Under the pieces are notes generated by a model. The model worked only from the letters and a program-made list of their open reading frames with translations. It searched no databases and was not told the origin of the DNA. A DNA stretch of 32,000 nt from an uncultured bacterium. Lineage in GTDB: Bacteria > Margulisbacteria > WOR-1 > CAVSGV01. Made by a program: the position numbers and the translations under genes. The stretch is from contig OY969425.1 of the NCBI GenBank assembly GCA_963699255.1, positions 690,001 to 722,000 of the forward strand, in the 5' to 3' direction. Shown piece by piece: positions 1-8,833 of this stretch (position 1 is the stretch's first letter; the number at the start of each line of letters is the position of its first letter).

Positions 1-161
1 CCGGCGATGACGGCCAGCACCCTGCCGCCCAGAACATCATGAGCCACCTTCAGGAGGAGGCTTGAGTCAACGCCGCCGGAAAATGCAACAAGGAGACTCC
101 CGTATTTCCCGAGAATCTCCTTGAGCTTATCGTATTTCGATCGAATTACCGAGAAGGACAC
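1..161 (-). CDS. larE: LarE-like ATP-dependent sacrificial sulfur transferase, N-terminal part (runs off left edge)
   Basis: Minus-strand reading from GTG at 161 gives VSFSVIRSKYDKLKEILGKYGSLLVAFSGGVDSSLLLKVAHDVLGGRVLAVIAG; PP-loop SGGVDS with the LarE-like LLKVAHDVLG context. GTG overlaps the TAG stop of the upstream gene. Absent from the ORF track because it is short. Confidence 0.75.
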   Translation of the reverse strand, partial: MSFSVIRSKYDKLKEILGKYGSLLVAFSGGVDSSLLLKVAHDVLGGRVLAVIA

Positions 162-682
162 TATTTGCCCTTTTTCTTCGCTTTTACTGTCTGAGCAGGA
201 GCTTTTATTACCGCTGCGTTGCGTTGATTTTGCATCTGCTGCATTCGGTTCATCGCCCTTGTCTTACGGTCAGCGTTGATCTGCTGCATCTTCGTTTTCT
301 GATCCGCCGTTAATACGTTACTCGCATCCTTTGCCGCAGAAAGCCTGTTCAGTATTATCTGAGGCCTGACATTTTCAAGGTCGCGGACCTTTGATGCGAC
401 CTGATCATAATCAGGATTATCCGCCCTCACAAGATCCCTTATTGACTTTGTCAGGTCGTCCCTTTGCTTAATAAGATCGGCATTTTGCTTTTTCAGATTG
501 TCCCTGATGCTGTTCAATTTTACGACCTGATCGTTCGTCAGGCCGAGCTGGTCCTTTACCGAGACATATCTGGCAGTGTTATCGGTAGCTATAGCCACCG
601 AATCGTCAACCATGTCCTGAGCGAACGAGGCAAACCCCAATAGCAACAACATGCAAACAGATAAAACCATGTATCTTTTCAT
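161..682 (-). CDS. Spy/CpxP-like periplasmic protein
   Basis: Signal peptide, LTNDQ motif and a second LTADQKTKMQQI repeat, Met/Gln/Lys-rich helical C-terminus. Confidence 0.6.
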   Translation of the reverse strand: MKRYMVLSVCMLLLLGFASFAQDMVDDSVAIATDNTARYVSVKDQLGLTNDQVVKLNSIRDNLKKQNADLIKQRDDLTKSIRDLVRADNPDYDQVASKVRDLENVRPQIILNRLSAAKDASNVLTADQKTKMQQINADRKTRAMNRMQQMQNQRNAAVIKAPAQTVKAKKKGK

Positions 683-840
683 TTTTTCACCTCCTCGTTC
701 TTTATATATTTTTCGGGATTCCTGTCAAATTCCTTCTTGCATGTGGCCGAGCAGAAAAAATAATTCCTGCCCTTGTAAAAGGTCTTCTGCGTCACTTTTT
801 TCTCGTCCACATCCATTCCGCAAACGGGATCTTTGGCCAT
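679..840 (-). CDS. YHS-domain protein (53 aa)
   Basis: Not in ORF track. Reads MAKDPVCGMDVDEKKVTQKTFYKGRNYFFCSATCKKEFDRNPEKYIKNEEVKK*; classic YHS pattern (DPVCGM...YYFCSxxCKxxFxxNPxKY). Stop overlaps the next ATG (ATGA). Confidence 0.88.
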   Translation of the reverse strand: MAKDPVCGMDVDEKKVTQKTFYKGRNYFFCSATCKKEFDRNPEKYIKNEEVKK

Positions 841-852
841 AAATAAAACCTC

Positions 853-1176
853 TTATTTGCTTTTTTTTATCATGCCCTTATGCATCATTCCCTTCTCTTT
901 CATCATATCCTGCATCATTGAAGGGTTCTTTTCCATTTTCTCCATCATCATTTCGCATTTCGCGCATTTCTCTCCCATCATGCCCCTGCCCATCATTCCA
1001 TAATGTCCTCTTCCCGTTGCCCCTAATACAAGGACCATTACGGCAATAAGCGCGACAAGAACGGCTATTATCTGGCCCGCGAGCTTCATGTTCCCGGATT
1101 CTTTATTTGCGAGGGCAAGCACTATGTATGCAAAAGCGAGGATGAATATCACTAATGTGATCATTCCATATATCAT
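853..1176 (-). CDS. Small membrane protein with Met/Cys-rich, metal-binding-like C-terminus
   Basis: Two predicted TM segments then GEKCAKCEMMMEKMEKNPSMMQDMMKEKGMMHKGM; lies in an operon with YHS and a copper ATPase. Confidence 0.6.
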   Translation of the reverse strand: MIYGMITLVIFILAFAYIVLALANKESGNMKLAGQIIAVLVALIAVMVLVLGATGRGHYGMMGRGMMGEKCAKCEMMMEKMEKNPSMMQDMMKEKGMMHKGMIKKSK

Positions 1177-1178
1177 TC

Positions 1179-3404
1179 TTATTCACCTCCCCTTACAGAA
1201 AACTTATACCTTCTCATTAAAAGCGCATTGGCAACGACCGAAACAGAGCTGAATGCCATTGCGGTGCCAGCAATTATAGGATTAAGCAGGAATCCTGTAA
1301 AGGGGTAAAGTAATCCGGCCGCGACGGGGATGCCTACGATGTTATAAATGAACGCCCAGAACAATCCCTGCTTTATCTTTCTCATGGTGTAACCGGAGAG
1401 GTCTATGGCCATCGCCACGTCCCTTAGATCCCCTTTTATCAGGACTATATCGGCCGATTCTATCGCCACGTCGGTCCCGGAACCTATTGCTATACCCACA
1501 TCGGACTGCGCGAGCGCGGGAGCGTCATTTATCCCGTCGCCCACCATTGCGACGATGTTCCCTTCGCTCTGAAGTTTTTTTATCCGGTCTGATTTATCGG
1601 CGGGAAGGACATCGGAGATGATCCCGTCCGCGCCGACCAGCCTGCCGATCGCCTGCGCCGTCCTGGAATTATCGCCCGTGATCATCATCACCTTCTTGCC
1701 TGTCCTGTGAAGCATTTCAACTGCCGGTATCGAGCTTTCCTTCAAGGTATCGGCGACCGCGATAAGTCCGGCGGCTTTCCCGTTCACGGAGACGATCATC
1801 GTCGTCTTGCCCTGGTCTTCGAGTTCCTCCAGCTTTAAAGAAATAGAGGAGATATCGATATTCCTCTCCGACATCAGCTTCCTGTTGCCGAGAAGCACCC
1901 GTTCACCCCGTAAACTGATCTCAACGCCCTTCCCGGAGATCGAATTGAACGATTCAGGGTCGGGAACATCTATATTGAGAGATCTTGCCCTGCTCATGAT
2001 CGCTTCCGCAAGCGGATGCTGGCTGCGCTTCTCGGCGGCCGCGGCATACATTATGATATCCCTGCCCCCGGGCGCTGTTATTTCATCAGTTACTTCCGGC
2101 CTGCCGTTGGTAAGCGTACCGGTCTTGTCAAAAACCACGGTATTCAATTTCTGCGCGATCTGAAGCGCCTTCGCGTTCTTTATGAGTATCCCCATCTGGG
2201 CCCCCATGCCCGCTCCCACCATGACCGTGATCGGCGTCGCAAGTCCCAGAGCGCACGGACATGAAATAACAAGAACCGTTATGAGGATGGAAAGCGCAAA
2301 GATAAAACTCTGTCCCAGAAGCATCCACACGACAAGCGAGGCCAGCGCAAGAGCTACGACGGACGGGACAAAATAAGCCGCTATCGTGTCGGCGAGGTCC
2401 TGGATCGGCGCCTTGCTTGTCTGCGCTTCCTCAACTATCTTTATTATCTGGGCGAGAAGCGTTTCTGACCCGACCTTGGTGGCTTTGAAGGCGAACGAAC
2501 CCGTCTTATTCATCGTAGCGCCGATGACCTTGTCGCCGGCCTTTTTCTCGACGGGTATGCTCTCTCCCGTCACCATGGATTCGTCCACGCTTGAATTGCC
2601 GCCGGTCACCGTTCCGTCAACGGGTATTTTCTGCCCGGGCTTCACCACGACCGTGTCCCCCGGCACGACATCTTCAATGGGGATCTCGGCTTCTCCGGAG
2701 CCCCTCATGACAAGGGCCGTCTTTGGCCTGAGCCCGATGAGCTTTCTTATCGCGTCAGACGTCCTTCCCTTCGCGATGGCTTCGAACAATTTGCCGAGCA
2801 GGATAAAGGTGATAAGGAACGCGGAGGTTTCATAATAAAGATCGCGGCCCAGCACCGGATGCCCCGACCATATAAAAACGGAAACGATCACGCTGTAAAC
2901 ATACGCCGCCCCCACGCCGAGAGCGACGAGAGTGTCCATGTTGGAGACGCGCATTTTAATGAGGGTGAACAAGCCTCTCGAGAAGAATATCCCTCCCGCA
3001 AACATGACGGGCGTCGCGAGCAGGAACTGTATCAGCGCCATGTTATCCTCAAGGAACTTCGGCAGGGTGAACATGAAAGAGAACATATATATCAGAAGAG
3101 GTATGCTGAAGATGAGGGAGACGATGAACCTGTTCCTGAGGTTCTTTATGACCGCTTCCCGTGCCTGCCTTCCCGCATCGCCGGAAATTCCTTTTTCCTC
3201 GACGGGAGTATAGCCTTCTTCCCGGATGTCCGCCTTGATCCTGTCAATGGTCACCCTGTCAGGATCATAGGTGATCTTCGCTTTTTCATTGACCTGAAGG
3301 TCGCGGGATATTATGCCGGGCAGTCTGTCCAGGACTCCGCCTACAATGCCGACGCAGTGGGCATTATCCATGCCGATGACCTTAAGTTCTACCGAGACGC
3401 TCAT
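1179..3404 (-). CDS. copA: Heavy-metal (Cu+-type) P1B-ATPase
   Basis: HMA-like N-terminus, TGES, CPC in [19 protein letters not shown] motif (SQHPLAEAI), [13 protein letters not shown]-terminal [13 protein letters not shown]. Confidence 0.93.
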   Translation of the reverse strand: MSVSVELKVIGMDNAHCVGIVGGVLDRLPGIISRDLQVNEKAKITYDPDRVTIDRIKADIREEGYTPVEEKGISGDAGRQAREAVIKNLRNRFIVSLIFSIPLLIYMFSFMFTLPKFLEDNMALIQFLLATPVMFAGGIFFSRGLFTLIKMRVSNMDTLVALGVGAAYVYSVIVSVFIWSGHPVLGRDLYYETSAFLITFILLGKLFEAIAKGRTSDAIRKLIGLRPKTALVMRGSGEAEIPIEDVVPGDTVVVKPGQKIPVDGTVTGGNSSVDESMVTGESIPVEKKAGDKVIGATMNKTGSFAFKATKVGSETLLAQIIKIVEEAQTSKAPIQDLADTIAAYFVPSVVALALASLVVWMLLGQSFIFALSILITVLVISCPCALGLATPITVMVGAGMGAQMGILIKNAKALQIAQKLNTVVFDKTGTLTNGRPEVTDEITAPGGRDIIMYAAAAEKRSQHPLAEAIMSRARSLNIDVPDPESFNSISGKGVEISLRGERVLLGNRKLMSERNIDISSISLKLEELEDQGKTTMIVSVNGKAAGLIAVADTLKESSIPAVEMLHRTGKKVMMITGDNSRTAQAIGRLVGADGIISDVLPADKSDRIKKLQSEGNIVAMVGDGINDAPALAQSDVGIAIGSGTDVAIESADIVLIKGDLRDVAMAIDLSGYTMRKIKQGLFWAFIYNIVGIPVAAGLLYPFTGFLLNPIIAGTAMAFSSVSVVANALLMRRYKFSVRGGE

Positions 3405-4366
3405 ATGGAAAGTTTTTCAGCTAGCTCCAGTACGGACCTGTCTATGGTCTTTTTCACTCTCACCGCTCTGGCAAAATCGGTCGCCACTATCTTCCCGTTC
3501 TGCATCCCGACAAGCTTGTTCCTGCTGCCTTTGAGGAGCAGCTCGACGGCCGCAGATCCGAGCTTGCAGGCAAGCGCCCTTGATTCTGCGGACGGGGACC
3601 CGCCTCTTTGAATGTGCCCGAGCACCGTTACCCGGACGTCCACTTTAAGTTTCTTTAAAATGTACTCCCCGAGAACATGCCCCCTGCACACGCCCTCCGC
3701 GGTCACGATAATGCTGCTGTGCTTTCCCCTGTCCATGCCTTCCCTCAGCCTTTTGCAGACCCTGTCAAAATCGCATTTTACTTCCGGCACCAGTATTATC
3801 TCCGCTCCCGCTCCAAGCCCCACTTCAAGAGCGATGAAGCCGTTGTCCCGGCCCATCACCTCGATGATGAATATCCTCTCGTGGGACGCCGCGGTGTCGC
3901 GGATCTTGTCTATCGCGTCAAGGGCCGTATTGACCGCCGTATCGAACCCTATCGTCGAATCAGTGCACGGAATGTCATTGTCAATGGACGCGGGAACCGC
4001 CATCGAAACGATGCCAAATTCTTTTTGAAGGTCGTACGCGCCGCCCAGAGAGCCGTTGCCGCCTATGATTATCAAAGCGTCTACATTGTGGTCCTTAAGC
4101 TGCCTTGCCGCGATCCTCCTGAAGGATTTCTTCTTGAATTCCGGGCATCGGACGGTATGAAGTATGGTTCCTCCCCTGTTCAATATACCTGAAACGGATT
4201 TAAGGTCCATAGAGTGGATATCGCCGCCGATAAGCCCCGCATATCCGCGATCTATGCCCATAACACGGAGCCCGTGAAAGATCGCCGTTCTTACGACAGC
4301 CCTTATAGCAGTGTTCATTCCGGGGGCATCTCCTCCCGGGGTAACGACGCCGATTGTTTTTATCAT
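3401..4366 (-). CDS. pfkA: ATP-dependent 6-phosphofructokinase
   Basis: [73 protein letters not shown] overlaps with both neighbouring genes. Confidence 0.95.
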   Translation of the reverse strand: MIKTIGVVTPGGDAPGMNTAIRAVVRTAIFHGLRVMGIDRGYAGLIGGDIHSMDLKSVSGILNRGGTILHTVRCPEFKKKSFRRIAARQLKDHNVDALIIIGGNGSLGGAYDLQKEFGIVSMAVPASIDNDIPCTDSTIGFDTAVNTALDAIDKIRDTAASHERIFIIEVMGRDNGFIALEVGLGAGAEIILVPEVKCDFDRVCKRLREGMDRGKHSSIIVTAEGVCRGHVLGEYILKKLKVDVRVTVLGHIQRGGSPSAESRALACKLGSAAVELLLKGSRNKLVGMQNGKIVATDFARAVRVKKTIDRSVLELAEKLSI

Positions 4367-5802
4367 ACAGACACCTTCCCTTCGGTAACTATCTTGATCG
4401 AATGATAGATTATATCAAGCATTCCGCTTAAATCCACGTTCGAAATGCAGAACGGAGGCATAATAACGATAATGTCCGAGAGAGGCCGTATTATCAGACC
4501 GCGCTTCCTCGCTTCCATTATCACATTGATGCCGATCTTTTCGGACACTCGGTATTCTTTCTTAGTTCTCTTATCCTTTACAAGCTCTATTCCCGCAAGG
4601 AAGCCGCACTGGCGCACGTCTCCTACATGATTAAGCTTGCGGAATCCCCTGAGCTTTTCGGCCAGCAATCTTATCTTTGGCTGCAACTTTTGCAGCGTTC
4701 TCTCTTTACTGAAAACATCTATCGACGCTATTGCCGCGGCGCACCCGAGGGGATTCCCGGTGTAGGTGTGTCCGTGATAAAAAGTCCTGTGGCTCTCCTG
4801 CGTGCCAAGGAAAGCCTTGAATATTTTTTCCGTTGTCAGGGTCGCGGCAACAGGAAGATACCCACCGGTCAGGCCCTTAGCGACGATCATTAGATCGGGC
4901 TTCACGCCTTCGTGCTCACAGGCGAACATTTTGCCGGTCCTTCCAAATCCCATCGCAACTTCATCGACTATCATCAGAATATTGTATTTCGTGCAAAGTT
5001 TTCTTATCCCCTTAAGATACCCTTTCGGATACACAAGAATTCCCGCCGCCGCCTGGACAAGCGGCTCCACTATCATCGCGGCGATCTCCTTGTGATGAGC
5101 TTTCATTATCGTTTCAACCGCTTTCAAACACTTCATCTCGCACTTCGCATCCCTGCCCGCCGAAGCCTTGGCGTAGGCGGGTCGCATCTCACATCTGTAG
5201 CAATACGGTGTCGGCGCCTTGAACGATCTGAAAAGCAGCGGTTTATACATCTTATGGAACAGGTCGATCCCCCCGACCGAAACGGACCCGATGGTGTCCC
5301 CATGATATGCGTTAACCAGAGTTAAGAACTTTGTCTTGAATTTGGGATTTTGAAATTGTTTAGGATTTCGGATTTCGGATTTCGGATTTTTTCTCTGCTG
5401 CCAATATTGGAACGCCATCTTTAACGCTATCTCGACGCCTTCCGATCCCGAATCAGAATAAAAAACCCTGGTCAACCCTTTCGGCGCAAGTTCGATGATC
5501 TTTTCGGCAAGCAAGGTTGCCGGAACATTCGATAATCCGAGCATCGTCGAATGCGCGATCTTGTCGATCTGTTTTTTTACCGCCCTGTCGATGGCCGGAT
5601 GCCTGTGGCCGTGAACATTCACCCAGAGGGAAGAAACGCCGTCGATGTACCATTTGCCGTCAATGTCCTTGATCCACGCGCCCCGGCCTTCCTCAATGAT
5701 AAGCGGCTCTTCTTTCATCCAATCCCGCATCTGAGTGAAAGGATGCCAGATATACTTATGATCAATATCTTTCAATATATTTTGTTTCATGGTTGTCTCC
5801 AA
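4363..5802 (-). CDS. bioA: Adenosylmethionine-8-amino-7-oxononanoate aminotransferase with two apparent microrepeat insertions
   Basis: HPFTQMRDW, VSSLWVNVHGH, YSDSGSEGVEIALKMAFQYW, NAYHGDTIGSVSVGG, DEVAMGFGRTGKMFACEHEGVKPDLMIVAKGLTGGYLP, YTGNPLGCAAA. Confidence 0.93.
   Translation of the reverse strand: METTMKQNILKDIDHKYIWHPFTQMRDWMKEEPLIIEEGRGAWIKDIDGKWYIDGVSSLWVNVHGHRHPAIDRAVKKQIDKIAHSTMLGLSNVPATLLAEKIIELAPKGLTRVFYSDSGSEGVEIALKMAFQYWQQRKNPKSEIRNPKQFQNPKFKTKFLTLVNAYHGDTIGSVSVGGIDLFHKMYKPLLFRSFKAPTPYCYRCEMRPAYAKASAGRDAKCEMKCLKAVETIMKAHHKEIAAMIVEPLVQAAAGILVYPKGYLKGIRKLCTKYNILMIVDEVAMGFGRTGKMFACEHEGVKPDLMIVAKGLTGGYLPVAATLTTEKIFKAFLGTQESHRTFYHGHTYTGNPLGCAAAIASIDVFSKERTLQKLQPKIRLLAEKLRGFRKLNHVGDVRQCGFLAGIELVKDKRTKKEYRVSEKIGINVIMEARKRGLIIRPLSDIIVIMPPFCISNVDLSGMLDIIYHSIKIVTEGKVSV
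5132..5196. repeat. Palindromic GC-rich unit embedded in AGATGNG heptads inside bioA
   Basis: TTCATCTCGCACTTCGCATCCCT-GCCCGCC-GAAGCCTTGGCGTA-GGCGGG-TCGCATCTCACATCTG. Confidence 0.75.
5363..5390. repeat. Four tandem copies of 7-bp GGATTTC/T inside bioA
   Basis: GGATTTC GGATTTC GGATTTC GGATTTT, preceded by TTTGGGATTTTGAAATTGTTTA. Confidence 0.9.
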
Positions 5803-5865
5803 AACGGAAAGCGTTATGCGGTAGCGTCCTCATTCCCCACACGCCACCCCTGAACACAAGACGCT

Positions 5866-6525
5866 TTACATCAATTTCTCCAATATCTTCTGCGCCCTGA
5901 TCTGCTTCAAAAGCTCCTTGAAAGAGCTTTTCGCGCGGATCATGCCTATCACCGGTACGCCGGAAAGCTCCTCGATGACCTGTTTATTGGTCTTCTGGGA
6001 AGGCTCCCTGCCGTTAAAGCCGTTCATGATGATGCCGGCGATCCTGATCTTCCTTTTCCTCAGCGCATCAATCGTCATCAAAGTATGATTAATGGTGCCA
6101 AGCCCTGCCCTGGTTATTATGATCGCCGGAATACCCAGGTCTTTTATCATATCCGCGATATAATAGTCCCTTTTAACAGGCGCAAGCGCCCCGCCGAGGC
6201 CTTCCACAAAGACCAGTCCCCGGCCGTTCTTGAGTTTTTGGACGTTCTTTTTGATCCTGTTCATATCGATGCTGATCTTTTCGGCCTTCATCGCCGCGTA
6301 AGGGGATAAAGGCTGCCTGAATTTCACCGGATTGATCGAATCGATGGTGTCCTTGAGGTCCAATTTTGCTCTGTAAAATCGCGCGTCCTCGATCCCTCCG
6401 CAGGATATCGGCTTGCTTATGCCGATCATAAAGCCGTTTGACTGCGCGACATATCCCAGCCCCGCTGTTATGAACGTTTTGCCGACCTCGGTGTCTGTAC
6501 CCGTAATGAAATACGCTTTAGACAA
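5866..6525 (-). CDS. bioD: Dethiobiotin synthetase
   Basis: FITGTDTEVGKTFITAGL P-loop, KPISCGG, VEGLGGALAPVKRDYYIADM. Confidence 0.93.
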   Translation of the reverse strand: MSKAYFITGTDTEVGKTFITAGLGYVAQSNGFMIGISKPISCGGIEDARFYRAKLDLKDTIDSINPVKFRQPLSPYAAMKAEKISIDMNRIKKNVQKLKNGRGLVFVEGLGGALAPVKRDYYIADMIKDLGIPAIIITRAGLGTINHTLMTIDALRKRKIRIAGIIMNGFNGREPSQKTNKQVIEELSGVPVIGMIRAKSSFKELLKQIRAQKILEKLM

Positions 6526-6626
6526 AATATTCCCTCGTCTCGGAGCCTGAGGCTGAACGCCTCGGCTCCATGTTATTATGATAGGTCCAACTAGATCTAG
6601 TTACGCCCATATGACAAATTGGAACC

Positions 6627-6659
6627 GCGACTTTCCTTACCGCCTCTGGCGGTAGTCGC
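6627..6659. repeat. Structured inverted-repeat element between bioF and bioD
   Basis: GCGACT-6 nt-ACCGCC-TCT-GGCGGT-AGTCGC: inner 6-bp and outer 6-bp perfect stems separated by a one-sided 6-nt bulge. Confidence 0.6.
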
Positions 6660-6665
6660 AGATTC

Positions 6666-7824
6666 CTAGCCAAGAAATTCACCTTTCATTTCATCAAGCA
6701 GGTCCGCAAGCTTATTGATATCTTCTTTTGTGTGTTTGGCCGTTACGCTCAATCTGAGGCGCGAAGTCCCCTCAGGCACGGTCGGCGGCCTGATAGCGGA
6801 AAGGAGTATCCCTTTATCATACAGGAACTCCGATGCTTTCATGGCTTTCTTGGCATCCCCGACGAATATCGGTATTATCTGGGTGGTGGATCCCATGGTA
6901 TTCAGTGCCATCCGGGCCAGCCTTTTCTTAAGGTACGCGATGTTGTTCCATATGGCCCTGCGGAAAGAGTCGTCCTTCCTTATTATTTCCAGCGCGGCTA
7001 TGGATGCCGCGGTAACGGCAGGCGGCAGCGCGGTGGTATATATGAAAGACCTGGCCTTGTTCTTAAGATATTCGATAAGTTTGCTCGTCCCGGATACGAA
7101 TCCGCCCAGCGACCCGACCGCCTTGCTCAGCGTCCCCATTATGATCATGTCCCTTTTTGCCGCGGGATACTTCATCTCAAGAGGCAGGATGCCCGTCGAA
7201 TGAGCGGTATCAATCATCAGCATGGCGTTATACTTTTTCGAAAGGGCGGCAAGCTCATACAGCGGCGCCACGTCGCCGTCCATGCTGAACACATGGTCGG
7301 TCACGATAAGTATCCTCCGGAAGTTATTCGCCTTAGCCAGTATCTTCTCAAGCCGGTACATGTCCCTGTGGGGATATACCAGCAGTTTCGCCCCCGAAAG
7401 CCTGGCGCCGTCTATGATGCTCGCGTGGTCGAGGCGGTCTATGATGACGGCATCGTCTTTCCCGACAAGCGCCTGTATGGTCCCCATGTTAGCCATGTAA
7501 CCGCTGGGAAATACTATGGATGCTTCCGTGTTCTCGTACGCCGAGTATCTCGTATTCCAGTTCTTCATGTATGGCGTAGTTGCCGGAGACAAGCCGCGAT
7601 GCTCCCGCGCCGACGCCGTGCGTCTTAAGGACTTCTATCGCCTTTTCGATCACTTTCGGATGGCTGGAAAGGCCAAGGTAGTCGTTCGAGCAGAAATTTA
7701 TCAGCTGCTTCCCCTTAATGACGACCTTTGAATCAAGCCCTTCTTCTATGGCTTTCAGCGTCCTGTATAGATCGTTCTTTTTTATTTCATTAAGCTCCTC
7801 GTTGATGAAATCCATCCTTGCCAT
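6666..7824 (-). CDS. bioF: 8-amino-7-oxononanoate synthase, reading frame interrupted by an apparent +1 nt at about 7541-7542
   Basis: 5' part (7489..7824): FCSNDYLGLSSHPKV...GVGAGASRLVSGNYAIHEELEYEI. 3' part continues in another frame: AYENTEASIVFPSGYMANMGTI...DHASIIDGARLSG...DTAHSTGILP...MGTLSKAVGSLGGFVSG. Removing one G restores HEELEYEILAYENTEASIVFPSGY. Confidence 0.88.
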
Positions 7825-7825
7825 G

Positions 7826-8803
7826 TCAGTTCGCCACCTCCAATCCCATATCTTTGATCATCTGCAGGTCAACCTCCGGGGAATTCCCGGACGTCGTTAG
7901 ATAATTCCCAAGTAAAGTCATATTGGCTCCAGCTAAATACATCAAGGGCTGGAGTCCGCCGAGCGAAAGCTCACGTCCCCCAAAAATACCGATGTCCTTG
8001 CCGGGCATCACGAACCTGAATGTGGCGACCAGTCTCAAAACTTCGAGGGGCGGCATCACCTTTAACTTTTCAGCTCTTGTGCCCCTGACAGGGTTTAAGA
8101 TATTGATAGGTACGGATTCCGGGTCCAGATCTTTCAGCTGGAAGGCCAGCTCGACCCTCTGCTCTAGCGACTCGCCGAGGCCGAAAATGCCGCCACAGCA
8201 GATGCGCAACCCCGTGCTTTTCGCCGCTCTGACGGTGGCGACGCGTTCCTCGAATTTGTGCGTGGTGCAGACCTTGCCGAAGAAGCTCTTCGCGGCTTCA
8301 AGGTTGTGATGGAACTTCCTGAGTCCCGCGGCCTTCAACCTTTTGAGCTGCTCTCCTGTAAGTATCCCGATGGATGCACAGTGGTCCATATTAAGCTTCT
8401 TGTCGATCTTTGAGACCGCCCGGCATATCTCATCTATCTCCTTTTCGGACTTGATGCCCCTACCCGCCGTGACTATGCCGAAACACGTTGCACCGTTCTT
8501 TTTGCTTGCCTGCGCGCTCTTGTACATCTCGCCGGATGATATCAGCGGATAAACATCGATGGCGGTTTTGTGATGTGCTGATTGCGAGCAGAACATGCAG
8601 TTCTCGGAACATTTGCCTGATTTGGCGTTTACGATCGAGCACAGTTTGACCTTGTTCCCCTTGAAGTGCCGACGGATCTCATTCGCGGCAAAAATAAGCT
8701 GAAAAGTCTCGCTTTCCGGACGCTTGATAAGATAGAGGGCTTCCTCGAAGGATATCGGGGAGCCTTTTATCGCTTTTTCCTGCAGACGGGCAATTTTTGA
8801 CAT
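7826..8803 (-). CDS. bioB: Biotin synthase
   Basis: Radical SAM/Fe-S signature NAKSGKCSENCMFCSQSAHH, PINILNPVRGT, GLQPLMYLAGANMTLLGNYLTTSG. Confidence 0.96.
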   Translation of the reverse strand: MSKIARLQEKAIKGSPISFEEALYLIKRPESETFQLIFAANEIRRHFKGNKVKLCSIVNAKSGKCSENCMFCSQSAHHKTAIDVYPLISSGEMYKSAQASKKNGATCFGIVTAGRGIKSEKEIDEICRAVSKIDKKLNMDHCASIGILTGEQLKRLKAAGLRKFHHNLEAAKSFFGKVCTTHKFEERVATVRAAKSTGLRICCGGIFGLGESLEQRVELAFQLKDLDPESVPINILNPVRGTRAEKLKVMPPLEVLRLVATFRFVMPGKDIGIFGGRELSLGGLQPLMYLAGANMTLLGNYLTTSGNSPEVDLQMIKDMGLEVAN

Positions 8804-8825
8804 AACCAGAGGATTATATCATAAT
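8797..8825 (+). promoter_or_regulatory. Sigma70-like promoter for the bioH/bioC pair
   Basis: TTGACA (8797-8802), 17 bp, CATAAT (8820-8825), then 8 nt to ATG at 8834. Confidence 0.5.
8813..8821 (-). promoter_or_regulatory. Extended -10 (TGATATAAT) upstream of bioB
   Basis: Minus strand TGATATAAT-CCTCTGGTT-ATG; 9 nt from the box to the start codon. Confidence 0.5.
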
Positions 8826-8833
8826 AGAAAGAT

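Noticed and set aside
2859-3611. Long plus-strand ORF (250 aa) in the ORF track
   Set aside because: Antisense to the confident copA gene and pfkA; composition typical of a shadow ORF in GC-rich coding DNA, no motif.
6732-7628. Plus-strand ORF of 298 aa
   Set aside because: Antisense to bioF; Arg/Gly-rich shadow translation without family features.
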